The notes below the pieces were generated by a model. That model ran no database searches. It was not told the origin of the DNA and worked only from the letters and a program-made list of their open reading frames with translations. This document shows, piece after piece, positions 45,752 through 58,559 of a DNA stretch of 64,000 nucleotides (the first letter of the stretch is position 1; every line of letters begins with the position of its first letter). Source of the DNA: Eledone cirrhosa. Its lineage: Eukaryota. Position numbers and translations under genes: made by a program. The stretch is from NCBI GenBank assembly GCA_964016885.1, contig OZ024743.1:272614001-272678000 (forward strand). The letters run 5' to 3'.

Positions 45752-47039
45752 TATATGGTTACACATTCATAAATCTTTACTGCCAGTTCATGTTTCTGAT
45801 ATTCCGACGATTTGTTCAGGGTTGATCACGTGAAAACGCGAAACGCAGATCAGTGTTTGCTGAAACTACAGTTTCGTATAAATAATATATTAGTATTTTC
45901 TTTTTTGAATTAAGCACTTTTTATTTGTTTCTATGCACAAATCTGTGTAGTTTATAAATATATATATATATAATACGAATGTGCATGAGTATAAGTTTGA
46001 GTAAATATTTTGTGGATGATTTAGAAGTAAAAAAAAATGAGTGAGAAGAAAATTGATTGGAGACGAAACTATATGAAGAAGATTAAACAGTTTTCCCTTT
46101 CCGGCATCATCCAATTTACATTGGCTTCTATGACAGGAAAGTTGAGATGTATTTCCAGCAGACGTTTCCTAGTAATGAAATTTCCATCAGAGTTAAAAAT
46201 ATTACAAGAGATCATCAATCTCATAACATTCACAAAAAAATATTTAAATTGTCGCAGAAAATGAGTTTGAAATATTCCATTTGAAACAGATATCATTTTC
46301 CAATTAATTCATCAGAGTGGAAATAGTTAGTATTATTCAGATTGTTCATATGTGCACGCAGCATACTGTCACAGTTTCGACTCCACTGCATGGAATCTTG
46401 AGCAAGTGCCATTTACCACAACTTTGGCTCGACCTAATCCTTGTGAGTTGTTCCGATTAGACGGACGTTCTTTGGAAATCCATCGGATGGATTTTAACTG
46501 TAATTCTAAGGGTCAACCTTGTTACTTGGTGTATTATATTGAATCATCTTCAGAATACTTAGACAATAGTTAATTTCACGAGCAGGTTATTCCGTTGATC
46601 GAACTGGAGATAGACCTCGTCGAAACGGATTGAGGTCCATTTATGTTTATTTGCAATATATTTTTTTTTTGAACACCATATTAAAGAGCTTCTAATTATA
46701 TATTACTACATACCTTTATTTTTAAATCAATACCTATGAACTAAAATGTTAGTAGTAAAATATAATTACAAATGCGACGTTTTAACGTTGTTGTGTTTTT
46801 ACTACAAAATTCCAAAATACAGATAACTTTTCAAAATTTAAAAGCCCCAACAAGAAAATCTGAGGAACAAGGAAAGTACTGCAAAGAAAACAAAACAAAA
46901 AACAAAACAAAACAAAACAAAAAACCCAACAAACAAACACACACACACACACAATCGTGAATAAACTAAAATAGAGCAAGTGTGTGTGAGATTTCTGTAC
47001 AAACGTCGAAGCTGTTCGACCAACGAAAGAAACAGTATG

Positions 47040-47250
47040 TGAAATAAACAGGCTAAGAATTCTACAGACGCACGTGCCCTTAACAGAATCTTCAGAGAGA
47101 TTCAGAGTGAGGCATTATGCGACAAGGCAGGCCTCACCAGTTAAACATACGACAGATGTTTGCCAGTAAAATGAACTGGCCTGATCAAGAACACAACGAA
47201 CTTAAAATCTCGATCCGAACACATCTCACCGCTAAGCCAGCGCCTTCACA
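47040..47250 (-). mobile_element. Degenerate tRNA-derived SINE (family 2); related copies at ~15850-16150, 46340-46635 and 62265-62545
   Basis: The head GTGAAGGCGCTGGCTTAGCGGT is A-box-like. The body CCTTGTC.CA...TGAATCTC...GAGAAT is shared between copies. Confidence 0.6.
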
Positions 47251-47741
47251 AAATAGCAAGTAGCGGATACTTATAGAAATGCTATTACCTCCTTTAGCAA
47301 AAATAGATATTTCGTTATTCAAGATATATATTACCTACTCCTTGGAATTGATTTGTTTTCAAACGGTAATAATCTTTGATTATTTGGTTGATTTAAGACA
47401 CTTTAATATAGAACATGCGAAACTAATTAAAATCTCTTGTGTTGATAGCCGAAACAACAGCCACGGTAAATGTTTAATTGCATTTCTGTTTGTTATCATG
47501 GTTAAATACAAAAGAAAGTCTTAATTAATTTTCAAACAGGTGAATATATATTTCTGTATAATTTAGAATGTAAAGGATTCAGTTTGCTTAATTTTATCAA
47601 ATTATATGATCTTTCTAAAATATTCCCCGAAGTTTCTTTGCAAATGATTTAGGGTGTGAGGATACAGACATACATGTTTATATATATATAGTGAAAAAAA
47701 GTGTAGATGCTTGAAAATATTCTATACAGATGACGTTAAGT

Positions 47742-47927
47742 AAGGGCGGTGGATTGGCAGTATCGGTAGAGGGTTGGACGTGCAGCTTAGAGTTACGACC
47801 CTTTACAGTCTGAATTACAATCCCGCCGAGGTTAACCTTGCTTTTCATCCTTACGGAGTCGATAAAATAAAGCACGAGTAATGCACTGAGGTAATTGCTG
47901 TCCTTGTGCCAAAAGTAGAAACAGTTA
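47742..47927 (+). mobile_element. SINE family 1 copy
   Basis: GGCGGTGGATTGGCAG...AATCCCGCCGAGGTTAACCTTGCTTTTCATCCTTACGGAGTCGATAAAATAAA...CTTGTGCCAAAAGTAGAAAC. Confidence 0.85.
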
Positions 47928-47959
47928 CGAAAGGAAAAAAAGGGAGTTTGAAAAGCGCA

Positions 47960-47993
<34 letters not shown>

Positions 47994-48147
47994 TGCGCTT
48001 TATATATATATATATATATAATCAAAGATTAATATGGTTCATTGATTACTCAATGAATACAGTTTTACAACAGTAAAAAAAAATTTCATGGAGTTTTCAA
48101 TATTATTCAAAATATCAATAAATGAAGATATTCACATAATCAAAATA

Positions 48148-48217
48148 TATGCTTTATTATATATATTTCGAAGGTACTGTGTTGTTTTTTCAGTACGTCC
48201 TCGTCAGATATAATATA
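48148..48217 (-). ncRNA. Type I hammerhead ribozyme
   Basis: Minus strand: ATATTATAT-CTGACGA-GGAC GTACTG...CAGTAC CTTC-GAAA-TATATA-TA-ATAAAGCATAT. The triplet is AUA and stem I is imperfect. Confidence 0.7.
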
Positions 48218-48944
48218 TAATTTGACATACCTCTACGGTCTTGATATTTCAATTCCAGTATTGGCAGTGATTTATTTAATCAAATCTCAACATTTATATA
48301 CCACAAATAATAATATGATAAACATAAAGAAGAAAAGGACGTGGAGCGCATTAGAGATATAAGGCAAGGTGTAAAGAGGAGGAAGGCAAGAAAAAAGAAA
48401 GACAGAAAGAAATAAAAAATAAAAAATAAAAAATAAAAAATAAAAAATAAAAAATAAAAAATAAAAAATAAAAAATAAAAAATAAAAAATAAAAAATAAA
48501 AAATAATAAAAAATAAATAAATACATACATAAATAGAGGAAGAAGAAAGGAGTAATAACGACAAAAGAGGGGGAACATAAAATATATGTTGGGATATATA
48601 GAAAAAAACCGTTGTTTTCAAATATTAGGTCAATTGAGGCAACCAATCAATTACCATAAACCATTGAATATCTCTTGTATTTGATTATGGTTAAGCTAAT
48701 TATACTTATATATTATATCAAAATTAGTCAATATCATTACTTTTTATAGTCGTCACATAATTTGTTTAATTAAAAATTTATATAATTTAATTTAACTCAT
48801 TATAATTTTTGGTTCAAGTAATATATTCCTTAAGTATTTTGTTACAACTTAAAAAAAATGTTATCTTTAAAACAAATTAAAAAAATTATTAAACATGCAT
48901 TTAAAATATATATTAAAATACATGCATATATCACTATCGATATA

Positions 48945-49701
48945 CGAGGTGTGTCAGAAAAGTTCCAGGATTGATGTCACAAAAGATTTATTTCAAACCC
49001 AAAATTCACACTAAGAGTTTTCTCCTTCAAAGTAATCCCCCTGGAGTATGTAACTGTAATCTTAGCTCTCTGCAGCGATCAAACTTTTTTCTTCATAATT
49101 TTATATACATTTCCTCTGTTTCAGGTCATCAAGCAATGAGCACAGAGCAGAGAACAAACTTGAACAGTCCGTCAGAAGCACGGGGATTGCTGCAGCAAGT
49201 GTATGGAGATGAGACGATGTCACGCTCACGTATTTTTGAGTGGTGCAAGAGGTTTAAAGAAGGACGCGAAGACGTGGAAGATGACCCCAGGAGCGGAAGG
49301 CCCTCAACAACCAGGACTGAGGTCAAGATGGTGCCAAAACTGTTGAACGATGACCAGAAGGGTCGACGCATGAAAGTGTGCCAGGACATCCTCGATCGTC
49401 TTGAAACCGAACCACACTTGCTAGGGACAGTCATCACCGGTGATGAGTCATGGATCTTCGAGTACGACCCGGAGGGGACCCGTTTTGAAGACGTGGACGA
49501 CATTAAAAAGGCCGTGACAACGGAACTGCGGAGGATCCCGGAAGAATCCTTCCAGGAGTGCATGCAAGCGTGGCAGAAAGGGGTGGAAAAGTGCATTACA
49601 CTCCAGAGGGATTACTTTGAAGGAGAAAACTCTTAGTATGAAGTTTGGGTTTGAAATAAATCTTTTGTGACATCAGTCCTGGAACTTTTCTGACCACCTC
49701 G
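48945..49701 (+). mobile_element. Internally deleted mariner transposon with ~100-bp inverted termini and TA target duplication
   Basis: TA|CGAGGTGTGTCAGAAAAGTTCCAGGA...TCCTGGAACTTTTCTGACCACCTCG|TA. Confidence 0.95.
49136..49636 (+). CDS. Truncated mariner transposase (first HTH, linker, first catalytic Asp and C-terminus; rest of the catalytic core missing)
   Basis: EQR..VYGDETMSRSRIFEWCKRFKEGREDVEDDPRSGRPST | KMVPKLL..ITGDESWIFEYDPE | GTRF..DYFEG, in one open frame. Confidence 0.7.
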   Translation: MSTEQRTNLNSPSEARGLLQQVYGDETMSRSRIFEWCKRFKEGREDVEDDPRSGRPSTTRTEVKMVPKLLNDDQKGRRMKVCQDILDRLETEPHLLGTVITGDESWIFEYDPEGTRFEDVDDIKKAVTTELRRIPEESFQECMQAWQKGVEKCITLQRDYFEGENS

Positions 49702-50046
49702 TATATAATATATTAAGATCAATTTTTAGCCGAATTATTTTATTTAAATAGGATATTTACTTTATAAAATCATTTCTATTCTTTAATTATCATATAATTA
49801 CAGGATTAAATTGGTGTTATATTTAATCTCAAAAGTTTTATTTCGTTAATTTATATTTACTTCTGTGATTATATATCATTATAGTTTCCTTTTAAATATA
49901 TTCTTATATTATTAAACTACATAATTCATGTCAAATATAATTTAGTAAGCTATTAAAACAGAATAAAACTATTTACGAAGAATGTAAACAAAAGGAAGAT
50001 AACTCATTCACCATATGTGAACATTTAACTACTCTGAAATCTAGTG

Positions 50047-50096
<50 letters not shown>

Positions 50097-50101
<5 letters not shown>

Positions 50102-50300
50102 GGAGTGTAACTTGGAGTTACTGTAGGTTCACCCGGGTGAGCACTCGATGTTTAGGTTTACTTCAGTCTCGAGGTGTGGAGGTAGACAGAGTGTATTATA
50201 GTAGAATAAGATAAAAAGAACGATTGGATACTCATTCGTTACGTTCATTGGTTGGTGACGCGCGTTTCGCCACTGATCAGCTCAAGGTTCGATCTGTAGG
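50097..50300 (-). repeat. Non-coding element end with a hammerhead 3' half, adjoining (TA)n
   Basis: Minus strand GC-GAAA-CGCGCG-TC-ACCAAC at ~50250-50270. The 5' half is absent. Confidence 0.5.
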
Positions 50301-50329
50301 TATGATGTTAGCAAAGCCTGCTTTCTCCA

Positions 50330-51430
50330 CTTTGGATCTTCAAAACATTTATTATTAGATTTTTATAGATATAAATGGGAACTATATATGGTTTTTATGG
50401 AGTTAACCAAAGCTTTCGACACTGTCAACAGAAATGCTCTCGGGACAATTTAAAACATACCTAATAAATTTCTAAAGGCTATCATTTTCTTTCATGCAGG
50501 AATGAAAGCATGTGTTTTATCAGATGGTCAACATTCCAATTCTTTCTATGTCTTGAACAACTCCAAACAATATTGTGCCATGGACCCAGTTATTTCCGTG
50601 TTTTTCTGTTCAGTCATGCTGCACTCTGTTTATGTTGACATTAATTCAGGTGTGCAATTTCAATTCCTTATTTTCACTCACCATCGCATTAAAGAAAACT
50701 AGCGGACTGTTACGTGGCCTCTTGTTTCCTACTGCTGTAGCATCTATTGCAGCAGCTAAGAAAGATGCACAAGCTATATTCTCCAATGAAAGAGTAGCCT
50801 TCGGTCTCATTATACGTATTAAAAAGACGGAAAGCGTCTACCAGCCAACAATATTTAGCACTTCATCAGATCCCTACCACTCAAATCCTCATTGATGCCG
50901 AAAACATGAAATATGTAGAGAATTTCACATATCTGGTGAATAGAGTGAACTCTTGAGGATACAATAATCAGCCGTATACTCAAAGCTACAAATCCTTTCG
51001 ACAAACTTCGTCATCATCTGTAGTTTGAACAGAGAATCTCATTTGAAAAAAATCATTCCTTTCTAGCAAGTTGTAATCCATTCTACTCTCCTGTACATAT
51101 TAACCAGCTCTTGATGTCTGTTATAATAGATGTCTTCGAACCACTTGTGTATGCATCTTAAATGGCAAAATTTCGAATATTGACCTATTTGATATATAGT
51201 AAATATAGCGGCAGTGAATCCTTTGGTTTGCAATAGCTATTAAGATGTATTGGTCATGTCATCAGAATGAGAGACAAAAGAATTCCAAAATGACCCCATG
51301 TAAAGCCACTTCCAGTATGAGAGGAGAAAAGTATTAAATAGCATGGCTGAGGTACAAAGGCAAGCTCAAAGTTAAACTGAAATCGAAAGATTTTTCCCCA
51401 GAAAAATTTGAAACTATTGGAGGTTAATTA
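50330..51430 (+). mobile_element. RTE-like LINE RT remnant
   Basis: MVFMELTKAFDTVNRNAL, FGL.I.IKKTE.VYQP and GHVIRMRDKRIPK, with many stops. Confidence 0.75.
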
Positions 51431-51916
51431 GCTATAAAGCAAACCCCCCCCCCAAAATAAAAAAAACCTATGAAATAAGCCAATTGGATTCTTAAAGAAA
51501 TGAGAGTAAAGACAAAGTCTCGATCTAACATGCCAGCCACTTTATACAACAATCTTATCTTATCTCTTATCTCCGGAGTAGTTTGTAAACAGTTGGATTA
51601 AAGTCGTATAAGAGACAAACCTCAGAGCTAAAAATAAAAAAAACACGTAACTGTTGGAACTTCATTTGGCTTAATTATCTGTTATGTTTGAAACGTTTCC
51701 TCCGTTATTAATTTTACTTCAGTCGAAATTTTCTGTCATACTAAAAAAACATAATGATGAATGACAGGTTACTTGTTGCTGTGAACATTACTAATTGTAA
51801 CTTCATAATAGATAAATGCTGAAATGTTATACGTCACCATATAGATGGAATGTGTATCACTAATTTTCTAAGACGTATCCATAGCAACAAGATATTCTGC
51901 ACACCAACCGGAGATG

Positions 51917-52122
51917 AATAATAGTTTCTGATTTAGGTACAAGGCCAACAATTTTTAGAGAGGGGATTAAATCGACCCCACTGCGTTACAGGTACTTTAT
52001 TTCATCGACACTGTAAAGATGGAAGGCAAAGCTGACCTCGGCAGGATTTGAACTCAGAACATAACTACATGCCGCAAAACATGTAGTCCTACGCTCTATC
52101 GACACTGCCAAATCTACCGCCA
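51917..52122 (-). mobile_element. SINE family 1 copy (other decayed copies at ~13375-13525 and ~57030-57190)
   Basis: GGTACTTTATTTCATCGAC..AAGATGGAAGGCAAAGCTGACCTCGGCAGGATTTGAACTCAGAAC. Confidence 0.8.
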
Positions 52123-52633
52123 TTCCAGAGTTAAATAATAAATGAAATAGTAAAAAGAATGAGCTAATGAGGGAGCCTTTAAGCGCTAGCCGCTCTTAAT
52201 AGAATAAAGCTCTGTCTAATTCATATAGTACTATACTACCTTAACATAAGTAGTTTAATTTGAAATATATAATTGTACATATTTAGGTCAACTTTGCCTC
52301 TCAAGATCGATAAAAAATTACCAGTCAAGCACTAGGTCCGATTCTTCCTCTATATCTCTTTCTCACATCCATTTTCTCACTCTTTCTCTCTATCCTTCTC
52401 TGGAAGGAATCTGTCATATTCAGACCTGGAGAGGAGATGGCCTCCGCTAAGTTTTAAAAAATGCCTTAGAAACATCGTAGGTAAATACTCAGGCCTGGAG
52501 AGGGATATGCTCCGCCTGGCTTAAAATGCCCAAGAAACGCCGTATGTCAATACGGTGCCACGACAACTCTATCAGGAATCACGGGACCATACATACATAC
52601 ACACATACATAAATACATACATACATACATACA

Positions 52634-55600
52634 GAGTCAGTCAACGTGATCAGTCGCATATCTCGGTGTGGGAGACTATTGATTAAATTTAAGATGAATA
52701 CTATCTCCGACAGTAATGCCACAACTACAGTCATGTTGAATAACTGGATATTCTTCTAACTATATCTACTGAAGACACCTTTTATTCGAATTCATAGAGA
52801 TATCCGACTAAATACATAATTCATTTTACAAGGATTTGCTACAAATAGCATGGCTGAACACAACATCAACAACAACAACATCAGTGGAGTACCGAAGAAA
52901 AACGAGAAAGGTAAACAAAATGTATTCAGTTGTAGCTACAGAAGAAACCGAAATTATAAATCGCATTTCTCTTGGAGTTGCGAACTTAATGATGATTTAT
53001 TTAATTGTTATAAAATAGCAAAAAACAATGCCTACATTGGCTATATGAACAGAATGAAGCTACACTGGGATGAATTACACCCAGAACTAAATCACTTTAC
53101 AGGGAAACAATTACGCCAACAAGCGACGTTTGTTGAACGTAAAAATAAGATAAATATTATTAATTGTAAGTCCCCAAAACAAACATGGAATCAACAACAC
53201 ATGCTACAGGTCGCCCAGCTACTAGACTTCCTAGCAGCCAGGTTGAACAGTGCCTTGAAACAACTATGCCTGTAAGAAATTTGACACCATGTGTACCATC
53301 TAAGTCTACCTCGAATGCTGAGAAAAACACTATCGATAATAATAATAATTGAAGAAATTTGACGCCAAGTGTACCAACCGAGTCTATCTCGACTATTGTG
53401 GAAAATACTATCGATAATGATAATAATCAAAAGTATAAACAATTGAAAATTTCCCTCAACGAAATCTTCCAGAGAGAAATTAATTCATGTATAAACATTT
53501 CTCAATGAAATATTACGTGTTATTGGCGAAATAGGGAATGAATATTTACGACCGATAAAAACCCCAAAATTTTGGCAAATCAACGCCTGTTTATATGCCT
53601 TAGCAACGACAGTGACGGTTTATCTTGGTGATAGCAGAGATATTAACAAGAACAAAACACCACCAAAAATACCATCATATATAACTAAAATAGGAAAAAA
53701 GATTGCTGACCTACGAAAAACCATAGGATATGTGACAATGATCCTTTCATGCAAACAAACACAAAAAACTTCACTCGTCACCAACAAAGGGTGACAAATA
53801 AATAGAGACGATGTTTGATAACAGTAGAATCAGAACTCTTCAATATAAGCTGATGACCCTCAAACAAAAATTGAGAGCTGTTAGCGAAAAATGCCGATAC
53901 CTGAAGAAGGTAGATGAAAGAAAAGTGATTAATAAAAGATTCAGACGAAACCAAACAACAGTCTATAGAGATATGAAGGGAAAAATAATAAGCCTCACTG
54001 AGGCCCCATCCCAGGAAGACATAGATTCCTTTTGGAGAAAAATATGGGATGAAAAGAAGAATTTCAACCAAGATGCAGTGTGGCTAAAAGAAATCCAAAA
54101 TAACTGTTGCTCCTACACTACAACAAAAACATACGAAATAAGTGAGGGTACCCTTGAGACTGTGATAGGAAAACTCCAAGATAAGAAAACACCAGGAAGA
54201 GACATGATTGTCGACTACTGGTACAGAAAACTGATATTCTATCGGAGGTATCTTACCGACCTCTACCAACAAGTTCTTAAGGAAGATACACTTATACCAA
54301 AATGATTGACATTAGCACAAACATTACTGGTCCCCAAGAATAAAGACACCCACCTGGCAAAAAACTACCGACCCATTGCATGCCAGAACCTGATGTAAAA
54401 GATGTATACAGCCTGTCTGAGCTTATTCCTCCAAGATCACTGTGAAAATAATAACATCATCACAGATGAACAAGCAACTGGAAAGAAAGGGGGTTGGGGA
54501 TGTGCTGGACACCTCCTAATCAACAAAACTGCGATGTCGGAGGTGCGACAACGTAGGAGGAGTATGGCTACAGTCTGGCTGGACTACAGGCAAGCTTTCG
54601 ATTGTGTTCCCCACTCTTGGATGATAGAGGCCCTCCGACTTGCTAAAGTCCCAGACATTATTATCAGAGCCATAGAGAAGCTTTCTTCTTCTTGGGCTAC
54701 TATCCTAAAGTTAAAGGCAGAGAAGAAGGACTCTATTTTCACTGATAAAATAAAATATTGCAGGGAGACAGTCTCTCTGTGATATTATTTATCCTGTCAT
54801 TAAAACCCTTGTCCTTTCTGCTCAAGAAATGCGAAGGATACATCATTGGCTCACAAGAGGACAGAAATACGAACCTAACCCATAATTTCTTTGTGGATGA
54901 TCTGAAACTCTATGCCAAGAACATGGATAGGACGAAGAAATTCTTGACCTGGTTACAACATTCTCAAAGGATATAGGAATGGATTTTGGCCAAGATAAAT
55001 GCTCATATATGACTGTAAAGCGAGGAAAAACAACAACCCAATCTAGCAACATTGTCATCAATGGCCTAACTATTTCACCGATATCTGATGAGGAATGCTA
55101 CAGATACCTGGGGATACATGAGAACATCCTATAATGGAATCTGTAATAAGGAACGTGTAACCAGGAAATACTACACCCGATTAAGAAAGACGTGGTCATC
55201 GGAACTCTCTGCGCAAAACAAAACAGTGGCTCACAATTTGTTTGATGTGCCTGTCCTAACACCAACTTTTGGAATACTCAATTGTACGATAGACGAAATC
55301 CGAGCGATTGATGTTAGAACTCGAAAATACTAAACACCGGAAACTTCCACATCAACAGTGACATAGACGCCTTTACTTGAAACGTAAGCAGGGAGGCAGA
55401 GGCCTAACATCAGTCCAGACAGCATTTGAATGTCGCATCATATCTCTCCGACAACATCTACGAACCTCAAAGCGTAGGAGCCCGTCTCTCGAGCAAGTCT
55501 ATCTGCATGAAACAGATAAGATCATGAGAGTTGGAAAGGTATACCTTGAGAGGTATTCCCTGTGTGATAATCAAAATCTCACACCCAGCGAAGTTGCTCA

Positions 55601-56669
55601 GCAGTATCGCAGTAAATCCATGGATGGAAAACTGTATGCTTATCAGCAAAAAAGCATTCATGGATATGTTGCCAGGAAGCTCCAGAATGATAGTAATGTA
55701 GATAAACAACAGAGTCTATCTTGGACCAACAACGGCTATATTGGCTTCCACTTTAAAGGATACGCTTTTGCAATCCAAGAACAGGAAATCAACACGAAAT
55801 ACCTGATTCACAAAGAGATAGGGATGCAGGCAAAACACCTAGATGTGATAACAAGTGCAGACTCTGCAGAACTAACATCGAGGATATCACCCATGTCATC
55901 AGCAGCTGTCCAAAGATGTCATCGCGGTACTATCTACCTATGAGGCATGATGTAGTGGCCAAAACACTGTACAATGCAGTTCGTAAAAACGATAGCCCGA
56001 TACACATTAAAAGCTACAGCAATGTGGAAGACATACATATACATAATGTGAAAGAGCACTTGTGGAGTGTTCCAGTAAAAACCCCTATAAAATACAGGCA
56101 TAACAAACCAGACATTATGATATAGGACAGGGAAAAGAAGGCATGCACAGTAGTGGAAGTTAGCTGCCCAGCAGATGCCAATATAATATCAAAGATTAGC
56201 AAAAAGGAGAATATTTATGGAGAACTGATGAGAAATCTGCAGATACTCCACCCTGATTATACCTTCAGATGTGTGCCTGTGATTATTGGGGCACTGGGGT
56301 ATGTTAGTAACTGCCTCAATACAAATCTTGAGAAGCTGGGCTTCACACGAACAGAAAGAACACAACTAGTTAGGAAATTACAAGTACAATCCATTAATGG
56401 AACAGTAAAAATATGTAAAACATTCCAAAGATGTTGCATCTAATAACTGCATATACACATGTACAGATACTAAGCATATACATAGGCACACATACAACCC
56501 AAAACATACACACAGACAATAACATCCATATCTACACATGCATGCAGACATGCGTACATATCTACCTAGTTGATATTGTGTAAATTCCAATGAAAGAGTC
56601 GTGTGTCTATGTTAGAAACCGACTCTCTCTATATTGGCAAACATTTGTGAAATTATAAAACCAGAAGAA
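52634..56669 (+). mobile_element. Near full-length R4/Dong-clade non-LTR retrotransposon (RT + zinc knuckle + restriction-like endonuclease), frameshifted, between (TACA)n tracts
   Basis: Motifs: KTPGRD, NYRPIAC, WLDYRQAFDCVPHSW, QGDSLS.ILFILSL.PLS, FVDDLKLYA, GGRGL, AIQEQEI.T, CRLC..H..SSC, RHD, KPD..VEVSCP, PVIIGALG. Confidence 0.92.
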
Positions 56670-57214
56670 CATACATACGTACATACATACATACATACAT
56701 ACATACATACATACATACATACATACATACATACATACATACATACATACATGCATACATACAGATGTACATATGCTATGTCTAAAATTACAAGACACGT
56801 TGATCATGGATGGAAAACATTCGATCGTATGATTTGCAAGTAAAAAGTTCAACCTCCAGATTTAAGTAATTGCGGATATTTCAACTTTCAAATTGTCATA
56901 TTTAAAGGATGCAGGCTAATTTATATTGCCATGGAAGTAAAGGAAAGATGTGTTATGAGATCGGTAAACACCACTTGGTAATGTACATGTTATCGCTAAA
57001 GATAATTCTGAGAGAATGAGAGTAAAAATAAATCAAATACCAAGGTATTTGATTTTTCTTTATTTATCAACCACAAAAAGATGAAAATAAATATTGACCG
57101 CGATAGCATCTGCACTCAAAGAAGAGAGCTGTAACAAATACCGCTAAGAATTCTACCCGATGTTCTCAAGCCTTTAGTAAGTCAATTCCTTAGAATGTAT
57201 TATAATACATTACA

Positions 57215-57535
57215 TTTAAGACGTAGGGTCACAGTGCATCTCTTCGCTTTCTGCGGATCTGATAATCCAAAGAAAAATAGCCTCAAAGAAGGCGATTGCG
57301 TCTAAGAGGTGGGACATCAATGTCTTCTTGGGCCTTGTCTACCCATCTTTTCACCTGTCTCCCCGTCTTCTCTTTCTTTTCCAGGAAATTCTCCACAACA
57401 CACCCCTCCAACTAATGATGCTGGTTGGTGATGAATGATGTACCCAAAGGAAACCAAATGACAGTGGCAAATCATTTCTGGACTAAACTTCTAGACTTTT
57501 CATAAGATATTATATCTTGTCTCACGACACCCAAT
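57215..57535 (-). mobile_element. Decayed LINE 3' end (RTE-like)
   Basis: The minus strand gives a FG...GKRRR-G..RW-type C-terminal remnant followed by a short AT-rich tail. Confidence 0.45.
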
Positions 57536-58143
57536 GAATGAAAAACAATGTAATCCATTCTATAGAAACTAAACACAAGTATGCCATCGAGAAGATATTA
57601 GAATTTAACAACATTCTAATATTAATCCAACAATTGTTAGATAAGAAGGATGGACATGCTAAAACTCATTCAGGTAAAACAAGATTTAATAGACAGTCTT
57701 CCACACTGTTTGGAAATTACAAACATAACATTCTATAATTTTCGGATTGTTACTATAGCAACCAAGAAACAGTTGAAAAACCGCCATCACAAGGAAATAC
57801 GACATCTAGCTTGAGTTGCTATGCTACAAATAGTTGAAGTTGCTACATAGAGCCAAACTACACATATTTTCACACACACACATACACAGTTAAACAAATA
57901 TCCATGATCTGAGTGTAACTGTCTATATATTTTCTTTTGATAAATATGCATTATTTTGGTTATTCCTTTGTGATAATAATGTTTATCTGTAGACTAATTT
58001 AGTTAAGATTATCACCAAACAATACGAGCTAATATTTTTTTGTGTTTGGTTAGCATCGGATTTCGGTGTTTGAAAACGTTTGACCCTAATATGACAAACG
58101 TCAGATACCAAGAACAATGTTAAATAATTAGGGAGGCTCCAGG

Positions 58144-58310
58144 TCAGTGATTCCCAAAGTGGCTTCCGCAAAGGAGTTCCGTGAAAAAGGATAGCGGAGT
58201 ATATTTATATTACGACCATATATTATAGTATTAGACTTTGGGGTTCCCCCAAAGGTTTCTGAACCACAAAAGGTTCCGCGTTTGAAAAAGAAAAGTTTTT
58301 TGAAATTCTG
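58144..58310. mobile_element. hAT-type MITE remnant
   Basis: It starts CAGTGATTCCCAAAGTG, has internal G(G/A)GTTCC motifs and ends in a decayed AAAGTTT..GAA..CTG. Confidence 0.5.
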
Positions 58311-58559
58311 CTCCAGGTGATTGCTCGACTTGCTAAAAATAGTAGTTACATCCGAGTAAAACAAGTTTGCTTTGTTTAAAAAAAAAAAACAATAGCATAT
58401 TGGAGAACGTAGTACTTGATATACAAAGGACAGGAAGCCGTTTATTCATAAATGTGTCCCAACGCGGCTTACCTAGAACTAGACAGCAACGGCAACAACA
58501 ACAAGGATGCATCTGCTGAACAAATTTCACTCTTGTCTGTAATTGATGGAATCCACTTT

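Noticed and set aside
45798-45857. GATATT-CCGACGA...GAAACGCAGATC-AGTGTT
   Set aside because: The core is mutated at U4 and the stems depend on several G-U pairs, so it is too weak to call.
46037-46296. Short overlapping ORFs as host exons
   Set aside because: There is no recognisable domain or convincing splice context. Small exons cannot be excluded without RNA data.
52762-52803. CTGAAGA...CGAATTC hammerhead in the R4 leader
   Set aside because: There is no stem II and no GAAA/NUH arrangement.
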